A stretch of DNA of 64,000 bases from an uncultured Klebsiella sp. (GTDB taxonomy: Bacteria; Verrucomicrobiota; Verrucomicrobiia; Limisphaerales; SXTU01). The position numbers were made by a program, and so were the translations under genes. Position 1 is the stretch's first letter, and every line of letters starts with the position of its first letter. Of the stretch, positions 1 through 13,622 are shown piece by piece. The notes under the pieces were generated by a model, which had not been told where the DNA came from, made no database searches, and saw only the letters and a list, made by a program, of their open reading frames with translations. The stretch covers positions 2,787 through 66,786 of the forward strand of contig CAZQEW010000008.1 in the NCBI GenBank assembly GCA_964591495.1, read 5' to 3'.

Positions 1-144
<144 letters not shown>

Positions 145-270
145 GGGAGAGTATTCAGTAACCAATGTTCAGGATTCAGTAAGGACGCTCGCGCCTTGGC
201 GGCTTGGCTGAAAACTCATTACTGAACACTTGCCCCCTTCCCCGCCGGCAACCGACACTCCCGGACCGCG

Positions 271-2235
<1,965 letters not shown>

Positions 2236-2322
2236 GCGGCGGCGGGTTGCCATCAACACCCCGGCGCGCACGCGCGGCCAAAAAACTTTCCCCGCGTCCT
2301 GCCTTCCGCTTCAATCGTCGCC

Positions 2323-3894
2323 ATGCAAAGCCGTCTCGCCCTCGTGCTCCATGCGCACCTGCCCTTTGTGCGCCACCCGGAGCACGACCATTTTCTGGAG
2401 GAGACGTGGCTGTTCGAGGCGGTGACGGAGACCTACCTCCCGCTTATCCAGGTGATGGAAGGCTGGGAGAAGCTCGGCATGGAGACGCGCCTGACGCTCA
2501 CGCTCTCGCCCACGCTTTGCGCGATGCTGCTGGACCCGCTGCTCCAGGACCGCTACGTGCGCCACCTCGAAGGCCTGCTCGAACTCGCCGAGAAGGAAAT
2601 CCACCGCACGCACTGGGACCGCGAGTTCCGCGAGCTGGCGTGGTTCTACCACCACCGGCTTACCAGCCTGCGCGCCACCTACTTCGCCTATGGTCGCAAC
2701 CTCGTCGGCGCGTTCCGCAAGTTTCAGGAGCTGGGCCGGCTGGAAATCATCACCACCGCCGCCACGCACGCGCTCTTGCCGCTGCTGAACCACCCGCCGT
2801 CCGTCCGCGCCCAAATCCTCACCGCGCGCGATCACTACCGGAGCTGCTTCGGCTGCGACCCGCGCGGCATCTGGCTCCCGGAATGCGCCTACGTCGAGGG
2901 CGTCGAGGCCGTGTTGCAGGAGGCGAACCTCCGGTGGTTCATCATGGACACCCACGGCCTGCTGCACGCCCGTCCGCGCCCGCGCTATGGCGTCTTCGCC
3001 CCCGTGCTTACGCCCAATGGCATCGCCGCCTTCGCCCGCGATCTCGAGTCCGCCCGCCAGGTCTGGAGCCGCAACGAGGGCTATCCCGGCGATCCACGCT
3101 ATCGCGACTTCTACCGTGACGTGGGCTATGACCTTGATTTTGACTACGTCCGCCCTTACCTGCCCAGCCCGGAACTGCGCGGCTTCACCGGCCTGAAATA
3201 TTGCCGCATCACCGGGCCCACGCCGGACAAGGCGGTTTACGACCGCGCCCTAGCGCTGAAGGCCGCCGACGAACACGCCGGCCATTTCCTAGCCGCCCGT
3301 CGCGCCCAAGCCCGCCAGCTTGGCGACATTTTGGACCGCCCGCCGCTCGTCGTCGCGCCTTACGACGCCGAGCTGTTCGGCCACTGGTGGTATGAAGGTC
3401 CCGACTTCCTCGACCTCTTCGTGCGCAAGGCCTACTACGACCAGCAGGACTTCAAGCTCGTCACGCCCGGCGACTACCTGAAGGAAAACTCCACCCTGCA
3501 AGTCGTCCGCCCCAGCCCGTCGAGCTGGGGCGAGGAAGGCTACTGGAAGATCTGGCTTAACGAGACCAACGAGTGGATCGTGCCGCACCTCACCGTGGCC
3601 CAGGAACGCATGACCGCGCTGGCCCGCGCGCATCCGGACGCTGCCGGTCTCACGCGCCGCGCGCTGAACCAGGCCGCGCGCGAGCTTCTCCTGGCGCAAT
3701 CCAGCGACTGGCCCTTCATCCTGCGCACTGGCACCAGCCCGGACTACGCGCGCAAGCGGGTGAAAGACCACCTCCTGCGTTTCCTCGCGTTGCACGAAAT
3801 GCTCACCGCCGGGCACGTGGACGAGCCATGGCTCGCCCGCATCGAATGGCTCGACAACCTCTTCCCCGACGTGAACTACCGGTATTGGGCGTGA
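2323..3894 (+). CDS. GH57-family alpha-glucan branching-type enzyme (DUF1957-containing)
   Basis: 523 aa. The N-terminus LALVLHAHLPFVRHPEHDHFLEETWLFEAVTETYLPLI is typical of GH57 branching enzymes. ELFGHWWYEG and SSDWPF blocks are also present. Confidence 0.8.
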   Translation: MQSRLALVLHAHLPFVRHPEHDHFLEETWLFEAVTETYLPLIQVMEGWEKLGMETRLTLTLSPTLCAMLLDPLLQDRYVRHLEGLLELAEKEIHRTHWDREFRELAWFYHHRLTSLRATYFAYGRNLVGAFRKFQELGRLEIITTAATHALLPLLNHPPSVRAQILTARDHYRSCFGCDPRGIWLPECAYVEGVEAVLQEANLRWFIMDTHGLLHARPRPRYGVFAPVLTPNGIAAFARDLESARQVWSRNEGYPGDPRYRDFYRDVGYDLDFDYVRPYLPSPELRGFTGLKYCRITGPTPDKAVYDRALALKAADEHAGHFLAARRAQARQLGDILDRPPLVVAPYDAELFGHWWYEGPDFLDLFVRKAYYDQQDFKLVTPGDYLKENSTLQVVRPSPSSWGEEGYWKIWLNETNEWIVPHLTVAQERMTALARAHPDAAGLTRRALNQAARELLLAQSSDWPFILRTGTSPDYARKRVKDHLLRFLALHEMLTAGHVDEPWLARIEWLDNLFPDVNYRYWA

Positions 3895-3916
3895 ATCCGG
3901 CTGGCGGCAGCGCAGT

Positions 3917-4663
3917 TCAATACCGTCCAGCGAACACCTCGCGCGTGCCGACGTGGCCGTCGAAGTAGGCGGCGTTGCGGACGTTGCCGTGGCTGGGGCG
4001 GGGAGGCAACACGGCCACCCAGCCCGCCGTGGGGGAACCGAGCTGGTCCGAGTCTACCTTCATGAAAATGCGGTCGGCCGAGGCGAAAGCCACCACTTGG
4101 GCAAGCCGCATGGGGGGCTCCAATCCGACTGCCGGATCAGGATACCCGAACGGCCGCTGCCCCAACGCCACCGTGGGCCCGTTGGGCCCGTCCAAGCGGA
4201 TGGTGGGGCCGGGCAGGATATAGTCTTGGCGGCCAAAGCCGGTGGCGGTGGATTGCAGGGCCGCCCGCTTGAAGCCTGGGCAGAAGAAATTGTCCACGGT
4301 GACCGTGGTGCCGGCGGGCACGGTCTCCCGGCGCGGGTGCCCAATGTAGGAGGCGATATAGGCCACGAGCTGGTCAGCGGTAGTTCGGGTGTATTGGGCC
4401 TGCTGGCCGCTCCAAAGCCCGGTCGTGGGTGTGCCGCACAACCGGTCACTGAAATCATCCGCGTAAAGCAGCACGGCCATGGTGGATTGCTTGAGGTTGC
4501 TCGTGCATTTGACTTGGATCGCCTTCTGCTTGGCCTTGGACAGCGCGGGCAACAGCAATCCGGCTAGGATCGCGATGATAGCGATGACGACGAGGAGTTC
4601 GATGAGGGTAAAGCCGGCGCGCCGGGTCGGACAGACACCAAGATCACGGAATGATGTGTGCAT
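3917..4663 (-). CDS. Prepilin-type N-terminal cleavage/methylation domain protein with C-terminal H-X9-DG box
   Basis: I chose the internal ATG at 4663 (MHTSF...), because the listed start at 4819 would overlap the upstream gene. Leader is [33 protein letters not shown]-terminus is [14 protein letters not shown]. Confidence 0.8.
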   Translation of the reverse strand: MHTSFRDLGVCPTRRAGFTLIELLVVIAIIAILAGLLLPALSKAKQKAIQVKCTSNLKQSTMAVLLYADDFSDRLCGTPTTGLWSGQQAQYTRTTADQLVAYIASYIGHPRRETVPAGTTVTVDNFFCPGFKRAALQSTATGFGRQDYILPGPTIRLDGPNGPTVALGQRPFGYPDPAVGLEPPMRLAQVVAFASADRIFMKVDSDQLGSPTAGWVAVLPPRPSHGNVRNAAYFDGHVGTREVFAGRY

Positions 4664-4739
4664 GCTGTGAGGCCGAACCTCACCCAACAGAACTCGCTTG
4701 GCAAGCAGGAGTTGGCCCGATGGACTTGCCTGAGCGCCG

Positions 4740-5459
4740 TCAGAACACCACGCCCAAGCCCTGCACCTTGCGGGTCTCCACGTGGCCGTCGAACCACGAG
4801 AAATTGCGGACGCCGCCATGCACTGGGAAGAGGGGTAGTTGCGCCCGCCAAGTGTTGGCGGGATTGCTGACGTTCACTTGGTCTGCGTCGGTCAGCATGT
4901 AAATGCTGGAGAGTGGGCCAATTCCTTCAAGCTGCGCCATGGAAAGCGGACGCTGCGCTCCGCTGGGCTGGCCGGAGGTATATCCGAAGGGGGTGTTCGT
5001 GGTGATGACCACATTGCCATTGGTGAATGCCCCGGTGACCATGTAATTGACCGGTGAGCCCCCCGCCGCCTGGTTGTTGTGCCGGGCATAACCTGAGCAG
5101 ATGAAAACTTTGCCAGTGACCAAGGTGCCTGAGGGACGAGGAAGGCCAAGATAGGTGCTGGTGTGGAAAATGAGCTGGTTGTCGTTGCCGTTGTTGTAGC
5201 GGGCCTGTTGACCAGACAGATAACCGGACCCGTCGTTGCGTCCTGGCAGTCGATCGTTGTAGTCCGAGGTATACATTTGCAGCGCCAGAGCAATTTGCTT
5301 CTGGCTGCTCATACACGAGGCCTGCGTGGCCTTCATCTTCGCCTTGGAAAGCGCCGGAAGGAGCATGCCCGCCAATATCGCGATGATGGCGATGACGACG
5401 AGGAGTTCGATGAGGGTGAAGGCGGCCGAATGGCGGAGATTCAGATCGGATTTTGTCAT
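4740..5459 (-). CDS. Prepilin-type N-terminal cleavage/methylation domain protein with C-terminal H-X9-DG box (tandem paralogue)
   Basis: 239 aa. Leader is [33 protein letters not shown]-terminus is [14 protein letters not shown]. Shares SGQQAxY and PFGY blocks with 3917-4663. Confidence 0.85.
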   Translation of the reverse strand: MTKSDLNLRHSAAFTLIELLVVIAIIAILAGMLLPALSKAKMKATQASCMSSQKQIALALQMYTSDYNDRLPGRNDGSGYLSGQQARYNNGNDNQLIFHTSTYLGLPRPSGTLVTGKVFICSGYARHNNQAAGGSPVNYMVTGAFTNGNVVITTNTPFGYTSGQPSGAQRPLSMAQLEGIGPLSSIYMLTDADQVNVSNPANTWRAQLPLFPVHGGVRNFSWFDGHVETRKVQGLGVVF

Positions 5460-5546
5460 GACTTATGCAAAGTGAACTGTGTCAACAATGTTGCCTGAGT
5501 TGGGCATTTGTCCAGCCCGGGGCGGCAACGGGAAGATCCGTGGGCC

Positions 5547-6923
5547 TTAGCCCACCAGCTCCCGCAAGGGGGTGATGCCGGAGTCCACCAAGTATTGCGG
5601 GCGGCCGGAGGCGTCGGTGACGGTGGCGGTGCTCACATCAATGCCCAGGCAGGTGTAGAGCGTGGCGAAGACTTCCTGGAATTTCACCGGGCGGTCGGCC
5701 ACTTCCGCGCCGTTGCGGTCGGTCGCGCCGATGACTTGGCCGGTCCGCATGCCGCCGCCGGCAAGGAGGCAGAAGTTTGCCTGCGGCCAATGGTCGCGGC
5801 TGTTCATCTTGTTGATGCGCGGGGTGCGGCCGAACTCGCCCCACATGACGACGGCTACGTCGCGGTCCAGGCCGCGCTCCTTCAAGTCGGTGAGCAGCGC
5901 AGAGAGACCTTGGTCGAGCAGGGGGAACTCCTCGCGTGAGCTGGGGAAGTTCATGCCGTCGCCGCCATGCCAGTCCCAGCGGCTGTAGTTGAGCGAGACC
6001 ACGCGCGCGCCGGCTTCGACGAGGCGGCGGGCAACGAGGAAGTTGCGGATCATGCGGGGCGCGCCGTCCCGCTGGTAGCGATCGTCATTCAGGCCGTAGC
6101 GCGCGGCGACGGCGGGATGTTCCTTGGACAAATCCAGCGCGGCGGTGAGCTTGGAGTCGGAGAGGATGCCGAGGGCCTGCTGGTTGTAGTCATCGAGGCC
6201 GGCCATCTGCCCGGCGGTGTCGGCATCGCGGCGGAACTGGTCCACGGCGGTGCGGAGCCGTTCGCGATCCTGGAGGCGGTCAAGCGTGATGCCCTGCAAA
6301 GTCAGGTTCTGCACGCGGGCGTGCGGGTCCTTGGCGACGAGCTGCATGGGCGCGTGCGCGTGACCGAGGAAGCCGCCTTCACCGGGTTCGCCCCAAGTGC
6401 GGTTGCCGGTGGGATACATCAGGGAAAGGTGGGCGGGCGCGCCGGACACGGAGCCTTGGACCTTCGAGACGCAGGCGCCGAAAGCCGGCCAGCCGCCGGC
6501 GGGCGCGGTGCGCTTCTCCTTTTGCGTGCGGCCGGTCATGCACTGGTAGCAGTCGTGCGCGCCATCGGAATCGGCCAAGGAGCGGACGAGGGCAAACTGG
6601 TCGGCCATCTTGGCGAGGCGCGGGAACAGCTCGCAGATCGCCATGCCGGGGACGTTGGTGCTGATGGGCCTGAACTCGCCGCGGATGTCGCTGGGCGCGT
6701 CGGGCTTGAGGTCGAACATGTCAAGGTGCGACGGCCCGCCGGGCAGGTAGATGTTGATGACGGCCTTGTGGGAGCGGCGGGTGCCGGCCTGGGCTTCAAG
6801 CTTCAGCAGTTGCGCGAGCGAGAGGCCGCCAGCGGCCATGCCGCCGATCTTGAGGAACTCGCGCCGGGCGAGGCCATCACAGTGGGCGGCACCGGGGATT
6901 CGTTGGCCAAAGAGGTTGAGCAT
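5547..6923 (-). CDS. DUF1501 domain protein (sulfatase/alkaline-phosphatase superfamily, Tat signal)
   Basis: N-terminus is MLNLFGQRIPGAAHCDGLARREFLKIGGMAAGG (twin-arginine type). Carries the DUF1501-typical WDWHG, GEFGRTPRIN and RDHWP blocks. The start may instead be at 6989. Confidence 0.85.
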   Translation of the reverse strand: MLNLFGQRIPGAAHCDGLARREFLKIGGMAAGGLSLAQLLKLEAQAGTRRSHKAVINIYLPGGPSHLDMFDLKPDAPSDIRGEFRPISTNVPGMAICELFPRLAKMADQFALVRSLADSDGAHDCYQCMTGRTQKEKRTAPAGGWPAFGACVSKVQGSVSGAPAHLSLMYPTGNRTWGEPGEGGFLGHAHAPMQLVAKDPHARVQNLTLQGITLDRLQDRERLRTAVDQFRRDADTAGQMAGLDDYNQQALGILSDSKLTAALDLSKEHPAVAARYGLNDDRYQRDGAPRMIRNFLVARRLVEAGARVVSLNYSRWDWHGGDGMNFPSSREEFPLLDQGLSALLTDLKERGLDRDVAVVMWGEFGRTPRINKMNSRDHWPQANFCLLAGGGMRTGQVIGATDRNGAEVADRPVKFQEVFATLYTCLGIDVSTATVTDASGRPQYLVDSGITPLRELVG

Positions 6924-7070
6924 GGAATAGAAAGTTCCATATACCGACGCGTTGGCACCGCAGTTTATTCCCCTCTGGCCCACCACCAATCAGGCAGCCG
7001 CTTCATGGTGGGGATGAAAAATAAGCAATTGCCTGATGAGGACAGCCAACTACTCTGGCACAGTCGCAGA

Positions 7071-7376
7071 ATGAAAAGGTTCCAGATTGTCCGCGGGGGA
7101 TGGCTCAGGTGTGTGCTCGTGGTCTTGTTGGCCGCCGCCAGTGAAGGTTGCCGTCGCCGCGCCAAACCTGCCGCCGCCACGACCGAAAACACTGCGGCCG
7201 AAAGTTCGGTGGTGGTCGCAGGGGACGCTCCGGGATCAGCTCCGCGCGTGAACCTTAAACCCGCCGAGCCCATCACTAACAACGTGGCTCCCCCACCCCG
7301 CGTGGACCAGGCCACGGGCAAGCTCATCCTCCAGACGGACGGCGTCATTCTCAAACAAAAGACCAAGGCCGAATAA
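7071..7376 (+). CDS. Small hypothetical secreted protein
   Basis: Begins MKRFQIVRGGWLRCVLVVLLAAASEGC..., a signal-peptide-like N-terminus. It ends 12 nt before the next pseudopilin-like gene. I recognised no homology. Confidence 0.4.
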   Translation: MKRFQIVRGGWLRCVLVVLLAAASEGCRRRAKPAAATTENTAAESSVVVAGDAPGSAPRVNLKPAEPITNNVAPPPRVDQATGKLILQTDGVILKQKTKAE

Positions 7377-7388
7377 CCCAACCACTCC

Positions 7389-8342
7389 ATGAGAGCCCGC
7401 ACCAACCTCAAACGCGGCTTCACCCTCATCGAACTGCTCGTCGTCATCGCCATCATCGCCATCCTGGCGGGAATGTTGTTACCCGCCCTCTCGAAGGCCA
7501 AGGCCAAGGGCCAGTCCGCCGGGTGCATCAGCAATCTGCGACAGATCGCCACCGCCAACGGGATGTATGAGGCGGACAACGATGGACGCTTTCCCTACGC
7601 CTTCTTGCGTCCCGTCGGTGGCGTTCAGATAACCTGGGACGATCTGTTGGCCAGCAATCTGGGCGTCAACCTGACGCAGGCAGAAATGAACAACCAGGTC
7701 ATGCTCGCCGAGCGGGCGCCAAAGGTTTTGAAGTGTCCCGCTGACAAGGTGAATGGCAATCCGACCTTTGTGAATCCCACTTCTGCGGGCGGCCTGGGCG
7801 GCACGAGACGCACTTACTCGATGAACGCCCACAACATGCTCTCCTGGCAGTTCGGCAGTTCACCGGCGCCGGTAGCGAATCGCGATTGGCCTCCGGGACC
7901 GGGGAATCTTACTGGCCCGGGGCTGGGCTGGGACATTGGAGGCCTGGGGGGTTCTCCGGCCACCATCAATTCCATCAACTGGCGCGGACCCACAGGCACC
8001 CTGAACATTGAGCAGCAGGCTTCCTTCCGGGAGTCCTCCTTCAATAATCCCGCCAACTCCATCGTGTATGGTGAAAAGGTATCCTCCGAGAATTTTGCGG
8101 GTGCCGGATATTCCTCGCTCCGTTCGGTCATCACCCGTCCGAACCTTCAGTTTGAATCCATCATCAACGGCGTCCAAGTCCCGGGCACGAGCTCCAACAC
8201 GCTCCACGGCGCCTACGTGCTCGGTTACAGTTTCGCCGACGGCCACATCCAGCAGATCCAGCCGGTCAAAACACTGGGAGCCAACCGCACCGATTTGGGC
8301 GCGCAGACGGGGATGTGGACCATCGCGACCAGTGATGACTGA
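7389..8342 (+). CDS. Prepilin-type N-terminal cleavage/methylation domain protein (H-X10-DG variant)
   Basis: 317 aa. Leader is [32 protein letters not shown]-terminus is [14 protein letters not shown]. Confidence 0.85.
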   Translation: MRARTNLKRGFTLIELLVVIAIIAILAGMLLPALSKAKAKGQSAGCISNLRQIATANGMYEADNDGRFPYAFLRPVGGVQITWDDLLASNLGVNLTQAEMNNQVMLAERAPKVLKCPADKVNGNPTFVNPTSAGGLGGTRRTYSMNAHNMLSWQFGSSPAPVANRDWPPGPGNLTGPGLGWDIGGLGGSPATINSINWRGPTGTLNIEQQASFRESSFNNPANSIVYGEKVSSENFAGAGYSSLRSVITRPNLQFESIINGVQVPGTSSNTLHGAYVLGYSFADGHIQQIQPVKTLGANRTDLGAQTGMWTIATSDD

Positions 8343-8343
8343 G

Positions 8344-8374
8344 GCGGCATAGGACGGGCGAAATGCTGCCGCCC
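8344..8374. terminator. Candidate bidirectional hairpin between convergent genes
   Basis: GGCGGCA (8344-8350) pairs with TGCCGCC (8368-8374), giving a 7-bp GC-rich stem and a 17-nt loop. There is no clear U-tract. Confidence 0.3.
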
Positions 8375-8442
8375 AACCAGCAGCGCAGCTCCACTTGTCA
8401 CGGCCACGTAGGCATCGCGGCAGATCCTGGGCTCTGCATTCT

Positions 8443-8640
8443 CTATCCCTTCGGTTTCCGGCCGATGCCCCAGATGAGCCAGACCGCCAAGGCCACGAGA
8501 AGGATAAGCCACCAGAAGTATCGCAGCTCGACGGCTGCCATTTCGACGAAGGCGAGGACGGGTTTGAAGAGCAGTGCGAGTCCAACGACCACCGCTACGA
8601 GGACCGCGAACTGAAACCAAGGCGGAAACCGAGGGTTCAT
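8443..8640 (-). CDS. Small two-TM membrane protein, translationally coupled to the upstream prohibitin gene
   Basis: 65 aa: MNPRFPPWFQFAVLVAVVVGLALLF...FWWLILLVALAVWLIWGI. Its ATG (8638-8640) overlaps the upstream stop (8637-8639) as ATGA. Confidence 0.55.
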   Translation of the reverse strand: MNPRFPPWFQFAVLVAVVVGLALLFKPVLAFVEMAAVELRYFWWLILLVALAVWLIWGIGRKPKG

Positions 8641-9458
8641 GGGGCAGCGGGTTTCTCGGCCGGGCCAAGCGGCAGGAGCAACGCGGCCCCGGTGTTGTTG
8701 ACGTCCGCCGGCACGACCAGCGGCGACTTGCCGTTCCAACGCTCGACGATTTGCAGCCGGAGAAACGCGGGGTTCAGCTTGAGCGCCTCACCCCGCACCT
8801 TGATCGCCTCGGCCTCGCCGCGCGCGCGGATGATCGCGGTTTCGGCCTCAACCTGCGTCTGCACCTGCGTGAAGCGCGCCTGAGCAGCCTGCTGTTCAGC
8901 CACCATCTTGGCCTCGATGGCGCGCTCCAGTTCGTTGGAGAGGTCGATGTTGCGGATCACGATGTCCTCGACCGTCAGCAGTGTGCCGATCTTGAGCTTG
9001 GCAGCTGCCATGGCCTTCAGCTTGATCTCCTCCCGGGTTTTCACAATTTGCTCGGCGGTCTGCAGGGCGGTGACCTCCTTGAGCGCCTCCTGCACGCGCG
9101 GGGCGATGAGGCTGTCAAACGGATCGCCGGCAAACTCCTTGTAAATCTGCACCACGGATTGTTCGGGCACGCGGTAGAGGACGCGCACTTCAAGTGATAC
9201 CTGTTGGAGGTCGGACGAGAAGCAGTCAGCCTTAACCGGCATGGTCTTCTGCCGCACATTGACGGGCACGACGGTGGTGATGAAAGGTGCCTTGAGGCCA
9301 AAGCCCTCGGGCAGGAATCGGTCTTCCGCCTTGCCCAGCGTGACTTTGATGCCGCGCGTGCCCGGTTCGACCATGTAGCTCGTGGCCGAGCCGATCACCA
9401 CCAGCACAAAGATGAGCACGCCCGCACCGATGAGCTTGGGGAGGAAGTTGGGGTTCAT
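8637..9458 (-). CDS. Prohibitin-type SPFH/band-7 protein
   Basis: Starts at the internal ATG (MNPNFLPK...). Has an N-terminal TM segment and an SPFH core. The coiled-coil EAKMVAEQQAAQARF...IIRARGEAEAI resembles prohibitins. Confidence 0.9.
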   Translation of the reverse strand: MNPNFLPKLIGAGVLIFVLVVIGSATSYMVEPGTRGIKVTLGKAEDRFLPEGFGLKAPFITTVVPVNVRQKTMPVKADCFSSDLQQVSLEVRVLYRVPEQSVVQIYKEFAGDPFDSLIAPRVQEALKEVTALQTAEQIVKTREEIKLKAMAAAKLKIGTLLTVEDIVIRNIDLSNELERAIEAKMVAEQQAAQARFTQVQTQVEAETAIIRARGEAEAIKVRGEALKLNPAFLRLQIVERWNGKSPLVVPADVNNTGAALLLPLGPAEKPAAP

Positions 9459-9462
9459 CGTG

Positions 9463-10323
9463 CTACTTGGCGGGCCGCCGAGCGGCGGATGCCGGGTTTT
9501 GGGCTGGCGCATTAGGACGGGTCTGGCGTAGGCGCTCGGCTTCGGCCAGGGGAATCAACAGGTTGTCCCCGCTGCCGATGACCAGCGGCGTGAGGCCGTC
9601 CCATTTGTCCACGATCTTGAGGTCCACGAAGGCGGGGTTGGCTTTCAGCGCCTCACCACGGATGCGGATCGATTCGGCCTCGCCCTTGGCCTGGATGACG
9701 GCGGTGTCCGCCTCGATTTGCGCGCGCTGCTGGAGAAACTTGGATTTTGAGGCCTCCTGCTCCTGCACCATCTTGGCCTCGATGGCGTGGCCCAATTCCT
9801 TCGAGAGTGCGATGTCCTGGATGACGATGTCTTCGATCACCAGCAGTGTGCCGACCTTCTGCTTCGCGATCTGGAGGGACCTGGTCTTGATCTGTTCGCG
9901 GTTCTTGACGATCTGCTCGGCGCTTTGCAGGGCGGTCACTTCCTTGAGCGCCTCTTGGACGCGCGGCGCGATGAGCGTCTCGAAGGGATGTCCATAATAC
10001 TCCTGGAACAGCCTGACCACGGAAGCTTCCGGGATGCGGTAAAGCACCCGCAGCTCCACGTGAATCTGCTGCAGGTCCGCTGAGTAACAGTCCGCCTTGT
10101 CCTCTGCCGTCTGCTGCCGGATCGAGACGGGGTGGATCACCGTCACGATGGGAGCCTTCAACCCGAAGCCCTCCGGCTTGAAGGCAGGCGATACTTTACC
10201 CATGGTGACTTCCACGCCGCGAAAACCGGGCTGGACCACATACGTGCCTGACGACGCCATGATGACGGCACAAAAGATCAGCAGTCCGATGCCAACGGTG
10301 CGGGCGATGCCTTGGGGTGACAT
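9463..10323 (-). CDS. Prohibitin-type SPFH/band-7 protein (tandem paralogue)
   Basis: I chose the start MSPQGIARTVGIGLLIF by alignment to the paralogue. Carries EAKMVQEQEASKSKF...VIQAKGEAESI. There is a 4-nt gap to the downstream paralogue. Confidence 0.9.
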   Translation of the reverse strand: MSPQGIARTVGIGLLIFCAVIMASSGTYVVQPGFRGVEVTMGKVSPAFKPEGFGLKAPIVTVIHPVSIRQQTAEDKADCYSADLQQIHVELRVLYRIPEASVVRLFQEYYGHPFETLIAPRVQEALKEVTALQSAEQIVKNREQIKTRSLQIAKQKVGTLLVIEDIVIQDIALSKELGHAIEAKMVQEQEASKSKFLQQRAQIEADTAVIQAKGEAESIRIRGEALKANPAFVDLKIVDKWDGLTPLVIGSGDNLLIPLAEAERLRQTRPNAPAQNPASAARRPAK

Positions 10324-10406
10324 GGTGGCGTATGCTGCCGGCAGCGTCGTCCGACTTGGAGTCTTCCACAAGCCCGCATTTTGCTTCTTCCAAGCGGGCG
10401 CTCAGG

Positions 10407-11888
<1,482 letters not shown>

Positions 11889-11904
11889 TCACGCGGGCAG
11901 CCCG

Positions 11905-13518
11905 TCAGAGCGCCTTATGGTGCTGCTGCTGATGGGCGGCGGCGATGAAGCCACGGAACAGCGGATGCGGCGCGTTGGGCTTGCTCAGGAATTCCGGGTG
12001 TGACTGGCTGGCCACGTAGAACGGATGGTCCTGCAGCTCGATCATCTCCACGAGTTTGCCGTCGGTGGAGGTGCCGGCGAAGACAAAGCCCGCCGCCGCG
12101 TAGCGGTCGCGGTAGGCGTTGTTGAACTCGTAGCGGTGCCGGTGGCGCTCGTTGACTACGAAGGCGCCGTAGAGCTGCTGGGCCTTGGTGCCCATCGCGA
12201 GCTGGCAGGCCTGCGAGCCGAGGCGCATCGTGCCGCCCTTCTTCGTGACCTTCTTCTGCTCGTCCAGCAGCGCGATGACCGGGTGCGGCGAATTGGAATC
12301 GAACTCCGTCGAGTGCGCGCCCTTCAGGCCCAGGACGTTCCGCCCGAATTCAATCGTCGCGATCTGCATCCCGAGGCACAGGCCGAGGTAGGGAATCTTG
12401 TTCTCGCGGGCGTATTTGGCCGCGAGGATTTTGCCCTCGATGCCGCGCTCGCCGAAGCCGCCCGGCACGAGGATGCCGCCAAGGCCCTTGAGGATTTTCT
12501 CGGGGCCGAACTTTTCGATGTCCTCGGCGTCGAGCTTCTCGATCTCCACGCCGCAGTCGTTGGCCACACCGCCGTGGATGATGGCCTCGTAGACGGATTT
12601 GTAGGCGTCCTGCAGCTCGATGTATTTGCCGACCACGCCGATGCGGACGCGATGCTGCGGGGCGATGAGCTTGCGGATGATCTCCTGCCAATGCGCCATG
12701 TTCGCCGGCGGCACGGTCAGGTTCAGCACGCGGCAGACGAGGTCGTCGAGCCGCTCGCGCTGGAGCATGAGCGGCACCTCGTAGATGGAGTGATCCACGT
12801 CCTTGTGCTCGATGACGGCCTCGTAGGGCACGCTGCAAAACATCGCCAGCTTCTGGCGCAGCTCCTTGTCGAGCGGCTTCTCGCAGCGGCACACGAGCAC
12901 GTGCGGGCTGATGCCGATCTCGCGCAGCTTGGCGACGCTTTGCTGCGTGGGCTTGGTCTTCAATTCGCCTGCCGCCTTGATGAACGGGACGTAGGTGACG
13001 TGGATGAAGCAGACGTTGTGCGGTCCGGCGTCCTGCGCGAACTCGCGGATGGCTTCCAGAAACGGCAGGCCCTCGATGTCGCCGGTGGTGCCGCCGACTT
13101 CGGTGATGATCACGTCCACCTTCGCGTCGTCGGCCAGCACCTGGATGCGCCGCTGGATTTCGTCGGTGACGTGCGGGATGACCTGGACGGTCTTGCCGAG
13201 GTATTTGCCGGCGCGCTCGTTGTCGAGCACCTGCTGGTAAACCTGGCCGCTGGTGGTGTTGTTCTTGCGCGAGAGCTTGGTGCTGGTGAACCGCTCGTAG
13301 TGTCCGAGGTCGAGGTCCGTCTCCGCGCCGTCATCGAGCACATACACCTCGCCGTGCTGGTAGGGCGACATCGTGCCGGGGTCGAGGTTGAGGTAGGGAT
13401 CGAACTTTTGGAGCGCCACCTTGAGGCCGCGGTTCTCCAGCAGCGTGCCCAGCGCGGCGGCAGTGAGGCCCTTGCCCAGGGAGCTGACCACGCCGCCGGT
13501 GACGAAGATGTATTTCAT
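11905..13518 (-). CDS. pyrG: CTP synthase
   Basis: 537 aa. Begins [24 protein letters not shown]. The glutamine amidotransferase domain carries GLCLGMQ. Confidence 0.97.
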   Translation of the reverse strand: MKYIFVTGGVVSSLGKGLTAAALGTLLENRGLKVALQKFDPYLNLDPGTMSPYQHGEVYVLDDGAETDLDLGHYERFTSTKLSRKNNTTSGQVYQQVLDNERAGKYLGKTVQVIPHVTDEIQRRIQVLADDAKVDVIITEVGGTTGDIEGLPFLEAIREFAQDAGPHNVCFIHVTYVPFIKAAGELKTKPTQQSVAKLREIGISPHVLVCRCEKPLDKELRQKLAMFCSVPYEAVIEHKDVDHSIYEVPLMLQRERLDDLVCRVLNLTVPPANMAHWQEIIRKLIAPQHRVRIGVVGKYIELQDAYKSVYEAIIHGGVANDCGVEIEKLDAEDIEKFGPEKILKGLGGILVPGGFGERGIEGKILAAKYARENKIPYLGLCLGMQIATIEFGRNVLGLKGAHSTEFDSNSPHPVIALLDEQKKVTKKGGTMRLGSQACQLAMGTKAQQLYGAFVVNERHRHRYEFNNAYRDRYAAAGFVFAGTSTDGKLVEMIELQDHPFYVASQSHPEFLSKPNAPHPLFRGFIAAAHQQQHHKAL

Positions 13519-13622
13519 GCAAGCGAAACGGCGGACGCCGCAACGTCGGGTGTCCGCCGGGCCGCAAGTCTAGGAGCCGTCCGGCCGCCGGGCAATGGGG
13601 AAAACCAAAGGCCGCGTCCGGG

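Noticed and set aside
3917-4819. N-terminal extensions of listed ORFs. This applies here and also to 8637-9512, 9463-10371, 13623-14912, 20108-20812, 22683-24350, 37624-39243, 39162-40739, 43039-43959, 46663-48567, 52482-54041, 55964-58600 and 58389-59528.
   Set aside because: The extended starts overlap neighbouring genes or add Arg/Pro-rich sequence ahead of clear signal peptides or conserved N-termini. I used internal starts, but these remain unverified without comparative or experimental data.
6953-6967. A sigma-54-like -24 element, TGGCAC, upstream of the small secreted ORF
   Set aside because: The -12 position reads TTTA instead of TTGC, so the conserved GC is missing. This is not a convincing sigma-54 promoter.
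7071-7160. Possible lipobox (AASEGC) in the small secreted ORF
   Set aside because: The residues at -3 to -1 (S-E-G) do not fit the L-[AS]-[GA]-C consensus well, so I describe it only as a signal-peptide-like N-terminus.
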